A DNA stretch of 24,000 bases from Rhodocyclaceae bacterium (GCA_006218025.1 VBWA01000029.1:83566-107565); one strand, 5' to 3'. Shown: positions 1 through 10,184, counted from the first letter of the stretch. Notes: a model not told the origin generated them from the sequence alone. Numbers and translations are program-made.

Positions 1-2
1 TC

Positions 3-173
3 GATGCCATCACCGCCGAAGCGGATCTGATGGTGCAGTCGCTGGTCGAGGATGAAGTGTTGCTGGCGCTACCCATCGCGCCGCGGCATGAGGAGTGCGA
101 ATCGCCGTTGGCGAGCGCAAGTGGACATGGGGCATCGCCGTTTGCGGCGCTGGCCGATTTGAAGAAGCATTGA
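3..173 (+). CDS. yceD: YceD/DUF177 family protein, C-terminal fragment (5' end lies outside window)
   Basis: Frame is open from the window edge to TGA at 171-173. Translation is ...[22 protein letters not shown]...[10 protein letters not shown], which matches the E. coli YceD C-terminus pattern (LVEDE..LSLP..P.H...C....F..L..LK). It lies directly upstream of rpmF, as in the conserved yceD-rpmF-plsX cluster. Confidence 0.7.
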   Translation, partial: DAITAEADLMVQSLVEDEVLLALPIAPRHEECESPLASASGHGASPFAALADLKKH

Positions 174-189
174 AACAAGGAGTAGCGAA

Positions 190-369
190 ATGGCAGTGCA
201 ACAGAACAAGAAATCCCCCTCCAAGCGCGGCATGCATCGTGCGCATGATTTTCTGACCAACCCGCCGCTGGCCGTCGAGCCGACCACGGGCGAGGTCCAT
301 CTGCGTCACCATATCTCGCCGTCCGGCGTGTATCGCGGCAAGAAGGTCGTAAAGGCCAAGGGCGAATAA
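190..369 (+). CDS. rpmF: 50S ribosomal protein L32
   Basis: 59-aa ORF, below the track cutoff: [59 protein letters not shown]. It closely resembles E. coli L32 ([20 protein letters not shown]...HLRHH...YRG.KV). Position between yceD and plsX is conserved. Confidence 0.92.
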   Translation: MAVQQNKKSPSKRGMHRAHDFLTNPPLAVEPTTGEVHLRHHISPSGVYRGKKVVKAKGE

Positions 370-385
370 TTCACTTTGTCGAATC

Positions 386-419
386 CGGCCGGATGCGTGT
401 TGCGCATCCGGCCGTTTTT
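386..419 (+). terminator. Rho-independent terminator/attenuator after rpmF
   Basis: Perfect 12-bp stem CGGCCGGATGCG (386-397) / CGCATCCGGCCG (403-414), 5-nt loop, then TTTTT (415-419). Confidence 0.6.
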
Positions 420-449
420 GCATAAAGAGCCCCGGAAGATCACAGAGCG

Positions 450-1511
450 ATGGCGATCACCCTCGCGGTGGATTGCATGGGCGGCGACCACGGTCCGTCG
501 GTAACGCTGCCTGCCGTCTTTGAATTTCTGCGTCATGACACCGATTGCGCCGCCATTCTGGTCGGCCGCGAGGAGGTCTTGCGTCCGCAGGCGGAGCGCG
601 CGCTGGCCGAATTCGGCAGCCGTTTGTCGATCCGCCATGCCTCGGAAATGGTCGAGATGGACGAGGCAGTGGCCAGTGCGCTGCGCGGCAAGAAAGATTC
701 CTCGATGCGCGTCGCCGTCGATCTGGTCAAGGAAGGCGTGGCCAACGCCGCCGTATCGGCCGGCAACACCGGCGCCCTGATGGCAGTATCGCGCTTTGTG
801 CTGAAGACCCTGCCGGGCATCGACCGCCCGGCCATCTGTTCCGTGCTGCCGTCGGAACGCGGCAGCACCTATGTCCTGGATCTCGGCGCCAATGTCGATT
901 GCAGCCCCGAGCACTTGCTGCAGTTCGGCATCATGGGCTCGCTGCTGGTTTCCGCGCTGGAACACAAGGAGCGGCCGACGGTGGCCCTGCTGAACATCGG
1001 CGAGGAAGAAATCAAGGGCAACGAGGCGGTCAAGCGCGCTGCCGAACTGCTGCGTGCCACCGATCTCAATTTCATCGGCAACGTCGAAGGCAATGACATC
1101 TTCAAGGGCACGGCCGATGTGGTCGTGTGCGACGGATTCGTCGGCAACGTGACCTTGAAAGCGTCCGAAGGCCTTGCCCACATGATCAGCGGCGCGCTCA
1201 AGGAAGAGTTTTCGCGCAGCATCTTCACCAAACTGGCAGCCCTGATGGCGATGCCCGTCCTGAAATCCTTTCGCCGGCGCTTCGATCCCAGGCGCTACAA
1301 CGGAGCGAGCCTGCTGGGCCTGAGAGGCATCGTGGTCAAGAGTCACGGTTCGGCCGACCAATTGGCGTTCCGCTACGCGCTGGAGAAGGCTGCCGAGGAG
1401 GCACGCCAACGCCTGCCGGAGACCATCGCCGCGCGCATGGCTGCCGTTACCTGCCCGCGAAGCGGAATCCCAGGTACGCAAGGCGAACCGACGCCGACTC
1501 TCTGCGACTGA
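450..1511 (+). CDS. plsX: Phosphate acyltransferase PlsX
   Basis: 353-aa ORF. N-terminus [16 protein letters not shown] and internal [10 protein letters not shown] and [14 protein letters not shown] are typical PlsX motifs. Synteny rpmF-plsX-fabH. Confidence 0.93.
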   Translation: MAITLAVDCMGGDHGPSVTLPAVFEFLRHDTDCAAILVGREEVLRPQAERALAEFGSRLSIRHASEMVEMDEAVASALRGKKDSSMRVAVDLVKEGVANAAVSAGNTGALMAVSRFVLKTLPGIDRPAICSVLPSERGSTYVLDLGANVDCSPEHLLQFGIMGSLLVSALEHKERPTVALLNIGEEEIKGNEAVKRAAELLRATDLNFIGNVEGNDIFKGTADVVVCDGFVGNVTLKASEGLAHMISGALKEEFSRSIFTKLAALMAMPVLKSFRRRFDPRRYNGASLLGLRGIVVKSHGSADQLAFRYALEKAAEEARQRLPETIAARMAAVTCPRSGIPGTQGEPTPTLCD

Positions 1512-1524
1512 TGGAGACCGAAGA

Positions 1525-2493
1525 ATGATCCACACCCGAATCAGCGGCACCGGCAGCTATCTGCCCGGCGAACCGGTCAGCAATGCGGCCCTGATCGCTG
1601 CGCACGGGCTCGATTCCTCCGATGATTGGATCGTCGAGCGCACCGGCATCCGCAGCCGGCATTTGGCGGGGCCCGGCGTCACCAGCAGCGATCTGGCGCT
1701 GGAAGCCAGCCGGCGTGCGCTGCAGGCGGCCGGACGCACGGCTGCCGACGTCGATCTGATCATCGTCGCCACCTCGACGCCCGATTACGTGTTCCCCAGC
1801 GCTGCGGCCCTGCTGCAAAACAAGCTGGGCAATACCAACGGCGCGCCGGCCTTCGACGTGCAGGCCGTCTGCAGCGGCTTCATCTACGCGCTGACGATCG
1901 CGGACAAGTTCATTTCCTCCGGTTCGCACAAGTGTGCATTGGTCGTCGGTGCCGAGGTGTTTTCGCGCATCCTCGACTGGAAGGATCGCGGCACCTGCGT
2001 GTTGTTCGGCGATGGCGCCGGTGCCGTAGTGCTGGAAGCCTCGAAGGAACCGGGTCTGCTGGCCAGCGCCTTCCATGCCGACGGCAGCCATCACGGCATT
2101 CTCTCGGTGCCGGGCCAGGTTTGCGGCGGCGTCGTCACCGGCGATCCCTTCCTGCGCATGGACGGGCAGGCCGTGTTCAAGTTTGCGGTCAAGGTCCTCG
2201 CCGATGTCGCCAACGAAGTGCTGGATGCGGCAGGCATGACGGCCGCGCAAGTGGACTGGCTGATTCCGCATCAGGCAAACGTGCGCATCATGCAGGCGAC
2301 GGCGAAGCGGCTCCACATAGCACCGGAAAATTGCATTGTTACGGTGGGGCAGCACGGCAATACGTCCGCGGCATCGATTCCGCTGGCACTCGATGAGTCG
2401 GTACGCGCTGGTCGAATCAAGCGCGGCCAGCACTTGCTGCTGGAGGGCGTCGGCGGTGGATTCACCTGGGGCGCGACCCTGCTCAAGTTCTGA
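1525..2493 (+). CDS. fabH: 3-oxoacyl-ACP synthase III (KAS III)
   Basis: 322 aa. Catalytic Cys context [15 protein letters not shown], His in IPHQANVRI, Asn in GNTSAASIP. Confidence 0.95.
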   Translation: MIHTRISGTGSYLPGEPVSNAALIAAHGLDSSDDWIVERTGIRSRHLAGPGVTSSDLALEASRRALQAAGRTAADVDLIIVATSTPDYVFPSAAALLQNKLGNTNGAPAFDVQAVCSGFIYALTIADKFISSGSHKCALVVGAEVFSRILDWKDRGTCVLFGDGAGAVVLEASKEPGLLASAFHADGSHHGILSVPGQVCGGVVTGDPFLRMDGQAVFKFAVKVLADVANEVLDAAGMTAAQVDWLIPHQANVRIMQATAKRLHIAPENCIVTVGQHGNTSAASIPLALDESVRAGRIKRGQHLLLEGVGGGFTWGATLLKF

Positions 2494-2497
2494 AGTC

Positions 2498-2530
2498 GAG
2501 AAAACTGACATGAAATTTGCACTTGTGTTT
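2498..2530 (+). repeat. Diverged copy of the fabD translation-initiation region (RBS-like stretch plus first 7 codons). It heads a 21-codon ORF at 2510-2575.
   Basis: GAGAAAACTGACATGAAATTTGCACTTGTGTTT (2498-2530) aligns with GAGAAACTGAATGAAGTTCGCGCTCGTTTTT (2585-2615). Both encode MKFALVF. All five coding differences are synonymous third-position changes. Confidence 0.6.
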
Positions 2531-2594
2531 AGCTCCGGCATAACGCCCGCTGTCGCGGGCATGAGCCTTCACTGAAAACTCGCGGAGAAACTGA

Positions 2595-3530
2595 ATGAAG
2601 TTCGCGCTCGTTTTTCCCGGTCAAGGCTCGCAGTCGCTGGGCATGATGGCCGCCTATGGCGATGCCGCGGTGATCCGCACCACCTTCGACGAGGCCTCCG
2701 CTGTGCTCGGCCGCGACTTGTGGCAACTGGTCAGCGAAGGTCCGGCAGAGGCGCTGAACCAGACCGTCAATACCCAACCGCTGATGCTTACCGCCGGCAT
2801 TGCCGTCTATCGTTTGTGGCTGGAAAAGGGCGGCGAGCAGCCGGCCTTGGTGGCTGGGCACAGCCTCGGCGAGTATTCGGCGCTGGTCGCGGCCGGCGTG
2901 CTGCAACTGAAGGATGCGGTACCGTTGGTGGAGCTGCGCGCCAAGGCGATGCAGGCTGCGGTGCCGGCCGGCGAGGGCGCCATGGCGGCGGTGCTGGGGC
3001 TCGACGCCGCGGCGGTGATCGAAGCCTGTGTCGAGGCGGCGCAGGGACAGGTGGTGCAGGCGGTGAATTTCAACGAGCCGAAGCAGACTGTGATTGCCGG
3101 GCACAAGGCGGCGGTCGAGCGTGCCGCCGAATTGGTCAAGGCGAAAGGAGCCAAGCGCGCCCTGATTCTGCCGGTTTCGGCGCCTTTCCATTGCTCGCTG
3201 ATGCAGCCCGCGGCCGAAGCGCTGAAGGCGCGGCTGGCCGAGGTGGATCTGGCCGCACCGCGCATTCCGGTGATCAACAACGTCGATGCGGCTCAGCTTT
3301 CCGATCCGGCCGCGATCAGGGATGCGCTGGTGCGCCAGGCAGCCTCGCCGGTGCGTTGGGTCGAGACCATGCAGGCGATGCAGGCCGCAGGAGTGACCCA
3401 CGTTTTCGAATGCGGTCCGGGCAAGGTTTTGTCCGGGCTGGTCAAGCGCTGCGTCGAAAGTCTCAGCGGCGGCGCCATGAATGATCTGGCTGCGATGGAC
3501 GCAGCGCTGACGGTCGTAGAGGGAAATTGA
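2595..3530 (+). CDS. fabD: Malonyl-CoA:ACP transacylase
   Basis: 311 aa. N-terminal FPGQGSQ, active-site GHSLGEYSAL, fab cluster context. Confidence 0.95.
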   Translation: MKFALVFPGQGSQSLGMMAAYGDAAVIRTTFDEASAVLGRDLWQLVSEGPAEALNQTVNTQPLMLTAGIAVYRLWLEKGGEQPALVAGHSLGEYSALVAAGVLQLKDAVPLVELRAKAMQAAVPAGEGAMAAVLGLDAAAVIEACVEAAQGQVVQAVNFNEPKQTVIAGHKAAVERAAELVKAKGAKRALILPVSAPFHCSLMQPAAEALKARLAEVDLAAPRIPVINNVDAAQLSDPAAIRDALVRQAASPVRWVETMQAMQAAGVTHVFECGPGKVLSGLVKRCVESLSGGAMNDLAAMDAALTVVEGN

Positions 3531-3531
3531 G

Positions 3532-4278
3532 ATGGCGGATTTGAAAGGACAGATTGCCTTGGTGACGGGCGCTTCGCGTGGCCTCGGTCGCGCCATCGCT
3601 CTGGAACTGGGCGCCCAGGGTGCCATCGTGATCGGCACCGCGACCTCGGATGCAGGTGCTGCGGAGATTCAGAAGGCGCTCGACAAGGCCGGCGTCACCG
3701 GCTGGGGCGCCACCGCGAATGTCACCGAAGCGGCGGCCTGCGAGGCACTGATCGGCGAGATCGAAAAGAAATTCGGGCCGGTTTCGGTACTGGTGAACAA
3801 CGCCGGCATTACCCGCGACAATCTCGCCATGCGCATGAAGGACGATGAATGGGATCTCGTCATCGAGACCAATCTCAAGGCCGTGTTCCGCCTGTCCAGA
3901 CTGGTCATGCGCGGCATGATGAAGGCGCGCTTCGGACGCATCATCAACATCACCTCGGTGGTTGGTGAAGCCGGCAATCCGGGCCAGGCCAACTACGCTG
4001 CCGCCAAGGCGGGTGTGGCCGGTATGAGCCGCGCCTTGGCGCAGGAACTCGGCAGCCGCAACATCACCGTCAACTGCGTGGCGCCCGGCTTCATCGACAC
4101 CGACATGACAAGGGCGCTGCCGGACGCGCAACGCGACGCCCTGCTGGGCAGGATTCCGCTGGGACGCCTGGGACAGCCGGACGAGATCGCGGCGACCGTG
4201 GCGTTTCTTGCATCGAAGCGAGCCGGATACATCACGGGCAGCACGCTGAATGTCAATGGCGGCATGTATATGGCTTGA
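3532..4278 (+). CDS. fabG: 3-oxoacyl-ACP reductase (SDR)
   Basis: 248 aa. TGASRGLG nucleotide-binding motif, NNAGI, catalytic YAAAKAG (YxxxK). Lies between fabD and acpP. Confidence 0.95.
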   Translation: MADLKGQIALVTGASRGLGRAIALELGAQGAIVIGTATSDAGAAEIQKALDKAGVTGWGATANVTEAAACEALIGEIEKKFGPVSVLVNNAGITRDNLAMRMKDDEWDLVIETNLKAVFRLSRLVMRGMMKARFGRIINITSVVGEAGNPGQANYAAAKAGVAGMSRALAQELGSRNITVNCVAPGFIDTDMTRALPDAQRDALLGRIPLGRLGQPDEIAATVAFLASKRAGYITGSTLNVNGGMYMA

Positions 4279-4366
4279 CCGGATATCAAAGCCGCGAGGG
4301 TGTCCGGCGTTTTTGTTAAAATAAGCAGGTTTTTACCACCCGATCAATCAGGGAAGGAGTTTCAAG

Positions 4367-4606
4367 ATGGAGAACATCGAACAACGCGTCAAGAAGATCG
4401 TCGCCGAGCAACTGGGCGTCAATGAAGCTGACATCAAGAACGAATCCAACTTCGTGGACGATCTCGGTGCCGACTCGCTCGACACCGTGGAGCTGGTGAT
4501 GGCGCTGGAGGAGGAGTTCGAGTGCGAGATTCCCGACGAAGACGCGGAGAAGATCACCACCGTGCAGCAGGCGATCGACTACGTCAACGCCAACATCAAG
4601 AAGTAA
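4367..4606 (+). CDS. acpP: Acyl carrier protein
   Basis: 79 aa. [20 protein letters not shown] contains the phosphopantetheine-attachment Ser. GGAAGGAG RBS lies upstream. Confidence 0.97.
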   Translation: MENIEQRVKKIVAEQLGVNEADIKNESNFVDDLGADSLDTVELVMALEEEFECEIPDEDAEKITTVQQAIDYVNANIKK

Positions 4607-4645
4607 TCTTCATCCCCGTTTCAATCCTTTCTTTCGGAGTTCATC

Positions 4646-5881
4646 GTGTCGCGACGCCGTGTGGTCGTCACCGGTCTGGGCCTTGTCTCGCCGGTTGGCA
4701 ATAGCGTTCCAGAAGCCTGGGACAACCTGATTGCCGGCAAGAGCGGTGTCGGACCCATCACCCGCTTTGATGCATCGGCTTTTTCGGCGCGCATTGCGGG
4801 CGAGGTGAAGAACTTCGATGTCTCGGCCTATTTGTCGGCCAAGGAAGCGCGCCGGATGGATACCTTCATCCATTTCGGCATGGCGGCCGGCATCCAGGCT
4901 TTCCGCGATTCCGGGATCGAGGTCAACGCGGAAAACGCCTATCGCATCGGGGTCAACATTGGATCGGGCATCGGCGGGTTGCCGATGATCGAGGAAACGC
5001 ACAACGATTTTCTTGGCGGCGGTCCGCGCAAGATTTCGCCTTTCTTCATTCCCGGCACCATCATCAACATGATCTCGGGCAACCTCTCGATCATGCTGGG
5101 CCTGAAGGGGCCGAATATTGCGGTAGTCACGGCCTGCACGACCGGCCTGCATGCAATCGGAATCAGTGCGCGCATGATCGAGTACGGCGATGCCGATGTC
5201 ATGGTCTGCGGCGGTGCCGAGGCGACGACCACGCCGCTGGCGGTCGGCGGCTTCGGCTCGGCCAAAGCCTTGTCGACGCGAAACGACGATCCGGCGACGG
5301 CGAGTCGTCCCTGGGACAGGGATCGCGACGGCTTCGTCCTCGGCGAGGGCTCCGGCGTGATGGTGCTGGAGGAATACGAACACGCCAGGGCGCGCGGCGC
5401 GAAAATCTACGCCGAGCTGGCCGGTTTCGGCATGAGCGGCGATGCCTATCACATGACCGCACCGGACACAGACGGACCAAGGCGCAGCATGGTCAACGCG
5501 CTGAAGAACGCCGGCGTCAATCCCGACGAAGTGCAGTACGTCAATGCTCACGGCACGTCGACGCCGTTGGGCGACAAGAACGAAACCGAGGCCATCAAGC
5601 TGGCTTTCGGCGTCGATGCGGCGAAGAAACTGGTGGTGAATTCGACCAAGTCGATGACCGGCCACCTGCTGGGCGGTGCCGGCGGTCTCGAGTCGGTGGT
5701 CACGGTGCTCGCCGTGCATCACCAGATATCGCCGCCGACCATCAACATCTTCAACCAGGATCCGGAGTGCGATCTGGATTACTGCGCGAACACGGCCCGG
5801 CCGATGAAGATCGATGTGGCGCTGAAGAATAACTTCGGCTTTGGCGGTACCAACGGCTCATTGGTCTTCCGTCGCATATAA
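4646..5881 (+). CDS. fabF: 3-oxoacyl-ACP synthase II (KAS II)
   Basis: 411 aa, GTG start. Active-site Cys in VTACTTG, His motifs [11 protein letters not shown] and [12 protein letters not shown]. Confidence 0.95.
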   Translation: MSRRRVVVTGLGLVSPVGNSVPEAWDNLIAGKSGVGPITRFDASAFSARIAGEVKNFDVSAYLSAKEARRMDTFIHFGMAAGIQAFRDSGIEVNAENAYRIGVNIGSGIGGLPMIEETHNDFLGGGPRKISPFFIPGTIINMISGNLSIMLGLKGPNIAVVTACTTGLHAIGISARMIEYGDADVMVCGGAEATTTPLAVGGFGSAKALSTRNDDPATASRPWDRDRDGFVLGEGSGVMVLEEYEHARARGAKIYAELAGFGMSGDAYHMTAPDTDGPRRSMVNALKNAGVNPDEVQYVNAHGTSTPLGDKNETEAIKLAFGVDAAKKLVVNSTKSMTGHLLGGAGGLESVVTVLAVHHQISPPTINIFNQDPECDLDYCANTARPMKIDVALKNNFGFGGTNGSLVFRRI

Positions 5882-5893
5882 GCGCTCGGGGCG

Positions 5894-6316
5894 ATGAAGC
5901 CGGTCGCCCCCCTTTCGGTTTCTATCCGGCCGTCGCGCCGGTTGCTACTGATCCAGTTGACCGCTCATGTCGTGGCCGCGGGCGCAGTTCTGGCGGCCAC
6001 CGTTCCGTCATGGCTGGCGGCGGTTCTCCTGCTATTGATCGGGGCTTCGCTGGCGCGCCTGCGTGCGGTGTCGCCGGTTGCCTCGCTGGTTTTGCGCGGC
6101 GACGGCCGGCTTGAAACAGTCGGTGCTGACGGCACGGCGACCGAAGTCGTCGTGCATCCGCATACCTTCGTGCTGTCCTTCCTGGTGGTGCTGCTGTATC
6201 GGCAGCAGGGCCGTTTGCGCTCGCTGACCCTGCTGGCGGACAGTCTTGCTGCGGAAGATTACCGCCAGTTGCGGCTCTGGCTGCGCTGGCGGTCGACTGC
6301 CGCCAACCCGGTCTGA
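5894..6316 (+). CDS. YgfX/CptA-like (DUF1434) inner-membrane protein
   Basis: 140 aa with two N-terminal hydrophobic helices. The C-terminal LTLLADSLAAEDYRQLRLWLRW resembles E. coli YgfX LWLAADSMDEAEWRDLRRIL. It lies next to nadB, where ygfX/sdhE-type genes sit in pseudomonads. Recognised from memory of the family, not from a search. Confidence 0.5.
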   Translation: MKPVAPLSVSIRPSRRLLLIQLTAHVVAAGAVLAATVPSWLAAVLLLLIGASLARLRAVSPVASLVLRGDGRLETVGADGTATEVVVHPHTFVLSFLVVLLYRQQGRLRSLTLLADSLAAEDYRQLRLWLRWRSTAANPV

Positions 6317-6326
6317 ACCGGCTGGA

Positions 6327-7919
6327 TCAGATCTCGGGCGGGTGCAGCACGGTTTCCAGTGCACGCGGCAAGGTTTCCGGGTAATCGCGGCTGAAATGAA
6401 GGCCGCGGCTTTCGTGACGGCGCTGCGCGCTCTTCACGATCAGATGGGCGGTCAGCACCAGATTGCGCAATTCGATGAGGTCGTTGCCGACGCGGTAGTT
6501 GGCGTAGTACTCGTCGATTTCCTTCTGCAGCAGATGGATGCGGTGCAGGGCGCGCTCCAGCCGTTTATTGGTGCGCACGATCCCGACGTAATCCCACATG
6601 AAGCGACGCAGCTCGGCCCAGTTGTGGGAAATGACGATCTCCTCGTCGGCGTCGCGCACCCGGCTTGCGTCCCATTGCGGCAGGTGCGGCAGGGGTTCCA
6701 TCGACGCGGCAAGAATGTCCTTTGCGGCGGCGGCGGAAAACACCACGCATTCGAGCAGCGAATTCGATGCCAGGCGATTGGCGCCGTGCAGGCCGGTAAA
6801 GGTGGTTTCGCCGATCGCATAGAGCCCGTTCAGATCGGTGCGCGCCGCCAGATCGGTGACAACGCCGCCGCAGGCGTAATGCGCGGCGGGCACCACCGGA
6901 ATCGGCTCGCGGGTGATGTCGATGCCCAGTTCCAGGCAGCGGGCGAGGATGGTCGGAAAGTGCTTCTTGAGGAACTCGGGCGTCTTGTGCGTCATGTCGA
7001 GGAACACGCAGTCGATGCCGTGACGCTTCATCTCGAAGTCGATCGCACGGGCGACGATGTCGCGTGGCGCGAGTTCGGCGCGGCTGTCGTGGTTGGGCAT
7101 GAAGCGCGTGCCGTCGGGCAGGCGCAGCAGGCCGCCCTCGCCGCGCAGTGCCTCGGAAATGAGGAAGGATTTGGCGTGCGGGTGATACAGGCAGGTCGGA
7201 TGGAACTGGATGAACTCCATGTTCGCCACGCGGCAACCCGCACGCCACGCCATGGCCACGCCGTCGCCGGTGGCGGTGTCCGGATTCGTGGTGTAGACAT
7301 AGACCTTGCCGGCCCCCCCCGTGGCCAATGCCGTATGACTTGCGCCCAGCGTCAGCACGCGATCGTGGGCGATGTCCAGCACATAGGCGCCGAGGCAGCG
7401 ATTGCGGGGCAGACCGAGCTTGGCCGCCGTGATCAGATCGACTGCAATATGCCGTTCCAGAACCGTGATGTTGGGGTGATTCTTCACCTGCTCGGTCAGG
7501 GTCTGCTGCACGGCGCTACCTGTCGCGTCGGCGGCATGGATGATGCGGCGCTGGCCGTGGCCGCCCTCGCGCGTCAAATGAAAACCCAGCGGGGTGTTGT
7601 CGGCGGTGAATGGAACTCCGCGTGCGATCAGCCACTCTATGGCTTCACGACCGTGTTCGACCACAAAGCGGGTAGCGTCGGGGTCGCACAGGCCGGCGCC
7701 GGCCGTAAACGTATCGTTGACGTGAGCCTCGACGCTGTCTGCGGGGTCGAGCACGGCGGCGATTCCGCCCTGCGCCCAGGCAGAGGCGGAGTCTGCCAGC
7801 GTCCTCTTGGTGACCAGGGCGACCCGGCGGCTGTCGGCGAGTCGCAGTGCGAGGGACTGACCCGCCAGGCCACTGCCGATGATGAGGACGTCGAAATGCT
7901 GGACTGCGGCTGGATTCAT
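6327..7919 (-). CDS. nadB: L-aspartate oxidase
   Basis: 530 aa. N-terminal FAD motif [11 protein letters not shown], RxAxxGGI-type flavoprotein motifs, C-terminal SRG.HFR-like [12 protein letters not shown]. Divergent from rpoE, as in many proteobacteria. Confidence 0.93.
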   Translation of the reverse strand: MNPAAVQHFDVLIIGSGLAGQSLALRLADSRRVALVTKRTLADSASAWAQGGIAAVLDPADSVEAHVNDTFTAGAGLCDPDATRFVVEHGREAIEWLIARGVPFTADNTPLGFHLTREGGHGQRRIIHAADATGSAVQQTLTEQVKNHPNITVLERHIAVDLITAAKLGLPRNRCLGAYVLDIAHDRVLTLGASHTALATGGAGKVYVYTTNPDTATGDGVAMAWRAGCRVANMEFIQFHPTCLYHPHAKSFLISEALRGEGGLLRLPDGTRFMPNHDSRAELAPRDIVARAIDFEMKRHGIDCVFLDMTHKTPEFLKKHFPTILARCLELGIDITREPIPVVPAAHYACGGVVTDLAARTDLNGLYAIGETTFTGLHGANRLASNSLLECVVFSAAAAKDILAASMEPLPHLPQWDASRVRDADEEIVISHNWAELRRFMWDYVGIVRTNKRLERALHRIHLLQKEIDEYYANYRVGNDLIELRNLVLTAHLIVKSAQRRHESRGLHFSRDYPETLPRALETVLHPPEI

Positions 7920-7949
7920 GGGGCGGGACTATATCACTGCCGGGAGTGT

Positions 7950-8081
7950 GGAACTATTTCGAAGAGCTCCGGTCACTGTGGGCAGCGGCTGGCGTTAGGG
8001 CAGCCGGAACAGTGAGGTAAGTGGGCGGAGAGGCTTGTTATACTCGCTTGCGGTGAACTAGAAGCCGCGAATTTTTTCATC
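7950..8081 (+). promoter_or_regulatory. Candidate sigma-E (ECF) type autoregulated promoters upstream of rpoE
   Basis: GGAACT (7950-7955)-N17-TCACT (7973-7977) and GAACTA (8055-8060)-N16-TCATC (8077-8081). Both approximate the RpoE/AlgU consensus GGAACTT-N16/17-TCnnA. This is consensus matching only. Confidence 0.3.
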
Positions 8082-8105
8082 TGGCGAGAACAAACAGCAA
8101 AGCCC

Positions 8106-8705
8106 ATGGGAGATCGCGAAGCGGACCGGATACTGGTCGAGCGGGTGCAGGCGGGCGACAAGCAGGCCTTCGGCCTCCTGGTCGCCAAGTATCAGCGCAA
8201 GCTCGCACGTCTGATTTCGCGCATGGTGCGTGATTCAGCCGAGGTGGAGGATATTGTTCAGGACAGTTTCATTCGGGCCTATCGGGCCTTGCCGGGGTTT
8301 CGCAACGACAGCGCGTTTTATACCTGGCTGTACCGGATCGGCGTCAACACCGCGAAAAACTGGCTGATGACCCATGGCCGGCGCGCTTCGGCGACAACCG
8401 GGGTCGACAGCGAAGAGGCAGAGAATTATGACGATGCCGACCTGCTGCGCGACCACGATACTCCCGAGCGCCTGCTGATGACGAAGCAGATCGGGCAGAC
8501 GGTCAATGCCGCGATGGAAGCGCTGCCCGAGGAGTTGCGCACCGCGATTACCCTGCGCGAAATCGAGGGTCTGTCGTATGAGGAAATTGCGCAAGTGATG
8601 GATTGTCCGATTGGTACCGTGCGCTCGCGGATCTTCCGCGCCCGCGATGCAATTTCGGTGAAATTGAGGCCCTTGCTCGATGCGGCCCCGGATAAGAGAT
8701 GGTGA
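8106..8705 (+). CDS. rpoE: ECF RNA polymerase sigma factor sigma-E (RpoE/AlgU)
   Basis: 199 aa. Region 2 (DIVQDSFIRAYRAL, FYTWLYRIGVNTA) and region 4 (LREIEGLSYEEIAQVMDCPIGTVRSRIFRAR). Followed by rseABC. Confidence 0.93.
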   Translation: MGDREADRILVERVQAGDKQAFGLLVAKYQRKLARLISRMVRDSAEVEDIVQDSFIRAYRALPGFRNDSAFYTWLYRIGVNTAKNWLMTHGRRASATTGVDSEEAENYDDADLLRDHDTPERLLMTKQIGQTVNAAMEALPEELRTAITLREIEGLSYEEIAQVMDCPIGTVRSRIFRARDAISVKLRPLLDAAPDKRW

Positions 8706-8709
8706 CGAC

Positions 8710-9213
8710 ATGAAGACACGGATTTCGGCATTGATGGACGGCGAGCTCGAGGACCACGAGATCGCGGAGACGCTGCGTGCGCTGCGTCGCGACGGGGAGT
8801 TGCGCAGCCAATGGTGCGATTGCCAGGTGATCGGCGCTGCCTTGCGCGGCGAAAGCGAACTCGATATCGATGTCACGGCACGAGTGATGTCGGCGATTGA
8901 TCTGGAGCCCACGGTAATGGCGCCGAAGGCGGGGCGCATGCCCGATTGGCGGAGACCGGCATTGGCGTTGGCGGCATCGGCGGCAGGCGTTGCCGTGGTT
9001 GCCTGGTTGGCCTTGGCACCGGCTGGCGACGGGGTGCCGGCGGTGGCAACAGGGCTGGCGAGCGCGAAGCAGGGGCTGGCGGTGGCGCAGTCGCAGTCGA
9101 CGCCGCGCCTGCAGGAGTATCTGGTGGCGCATCAGGCTTACGCGCCGGGTGGCGCCATGGTCGGTGGTGCGCGCAACATCCGCACTGTTGCCGCATCGGG
9201 TGAGGGTCGCTGA
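8710..9213 (+). CDS. rseA: Anti-sigma-E factor RseA/MucA
   Basis: I place the start at ATG 8710, 4 nt after the rpoE stop, rather than the track's 8680. N-terminus MKTRISALMDGELED is the RseA_N signature. It has a central TM helix ALALAASAAGVAVVAWLAL and a periplasmic LQEYLVAHQ. Confidence 0.78.
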   Translation: MKTRISALMDGELEDHEIAETLRALRRDGELRSQWCDCQVIGAALRGESELDIDVTARVMSAIDLEPTVMAPKAGRMPDWRRPALALAASAAGVAVVAWLALAPAGDGVPAVATGLASAKQGLAVAQSQSTPRLQEYLVAHQAYAPGGAMVGGARNIRTVAASGEGR

Positions 9214-10184
9214 TGGCCATTGCTCGTCGCTGGTGGCTGGTGATGCTTGCCGTACTGCTGGCGCCCATGCTGGTCGCTTCGTCGGCCGTGGCGGAGGATG
9301 GCTTGGCCCTGTTGCAGCGCATCGCACTCGGTTCCCGGCAACTGACCTACAGCGGCACCTTTGTCTATCGCAGCGGCGGCAAGGTCGATACCTCACGTAT
9401 TGCACATTCGCTGTCCGAGGGCATCGAAGTGGAGCGAATCGAGGCCCTCGACGGCAGCCCGCGCGAGGTGCTGCGTGCCGGCAGCGAAGTGAAATGCTTT
9501 TTTCCGGAAGAAAAGCTGGTAATCATAGAGAACCGTGCAAGCCAGCGCGGATTCCCGTCGTTGCTGCCTGCCGGTTTGGGCAGTCTGCCCGAACACTATG
9601 CAATTCGCAGCGGTGGACAGGGGCGGGTCGCAGGCATGAGGAGTCGGGCCGTGCTTCTGGAGCCGCGCGATACATTGCGCTATGGCCATGAGTTCTGGAT
9701 GGATGCTGCCAGCGGCCTGCTGTTGAAGGCCAACCTGCTCGGCGAACGCGGAGAAACGCTGGAGTCGTTTGCCTTCACCCAAATCACAATTGGCGGCCCC
9801 CTCGAACAGGGGGCACTGAAGCCGCGCTTCGACAGCGAGCGGGTGCGGGTTCAGCAGGTGCGCGCGACCGAGGTGAAGCCGGAAGACATGGGCTGGAACT
9901 TCCGTACCCTGCTGCCCGGATTCCGAAGAGTGGCGACGATGAGGCGACAGACGGCGCCCGGAAACCCCGAGAGCCTGCATGTGGTGTTTTCCGACGGGCT
10001 GGCATCGATCTCGGTGTTCATCGAGCCCGGCGGCGCGGGCGGCGAAGCGGAGGCCGTATCGAACGTCGGCCCGGTCAATGTGTATCGGCGTCAGGTGGGC
10101 GAGCACCGCCTGGTGGTCATGGGCGAGGTGCCGGCCCTTGCGGTCAAGCGACTCGGCGACGGCATCGAGCCGAGGCGCAAATGA
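9213..10184 (+). CDS. rseB: Sigma-E regulatory protein RseB/MucB
   Basis: 323 aa with a signal peptide. YSGTFVY motif typical of MucB/RseB. The start overlaps the rseA stop by 1 nt. Confidence 0.85.
   Translation: MAIARRWWLVMLAVLLAPMLVASSAVAEDGLALLQRIALGSRQLTYSGTFVYRSGGKVDTSRIAHSLSEGIEVERIEALDGSPREVLRAGSEVKCFFPEEKLVIIENRASQRGFPSLLPAGLGSLPEHYAIRSGGQGRVAGMRSRAVLLEPRDTLRYGHEFWMDAASGLLLKANLLGERGETLESFAFTQITIGGPLEQGALKPRFDSERVRVQQVRATEVKPEDMGWNFRTLLPGFRRVATMRRQTAPGNPESLHVVFSDGLASISVFIEPGGAGGEAEAVSNVGPVNVYRRQVGEHRLVVMGEVPALAVKRLGDGIEPRRK

Noticed and set aside
306-1550. Long antisense ORFs opposite plsX (414 aa). The same applies to similar ORFs opposite fabH (1447-2562), fabD (2529-3638), fabG (3463-4131) and fabF (4610-5722).
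   Set aside because: These are typical high-GC shadow ORFs. Their translations are Arg/Ala/Gly-rich with no recognisable motifs, and the opposite strand in each case carries a gene with clear catalytic signatures.
5888-5923. Hairpin after fabF as a rho-independent terminator
   Set aside because: The 7-bp GC stem is real, but the downstream tract (CCTTTCGGTTTCT) is not a proper U-run and the stem contains the next ORF's ATG. It is not convincing enough to annotate as a terminator.
7313-7320. C8 homopolymer (G8 on the coding strand) inside nadB as a possible phase-variation tract
   Set aside because: The nadB frame is intact through it (ATGGAGKVY, part of the flavoprotein fold), and there is no evidence of slippage. 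It is just Gly-Gly codons.
6246-8015. 589-aa + strand ORF covering all of nadB
   Set aside because: It is a mirror-frame artefact of the nadB coding sequence in GC-rich DNA. The minus-strand product has unmistakable L-aspartate oxidase motifs.
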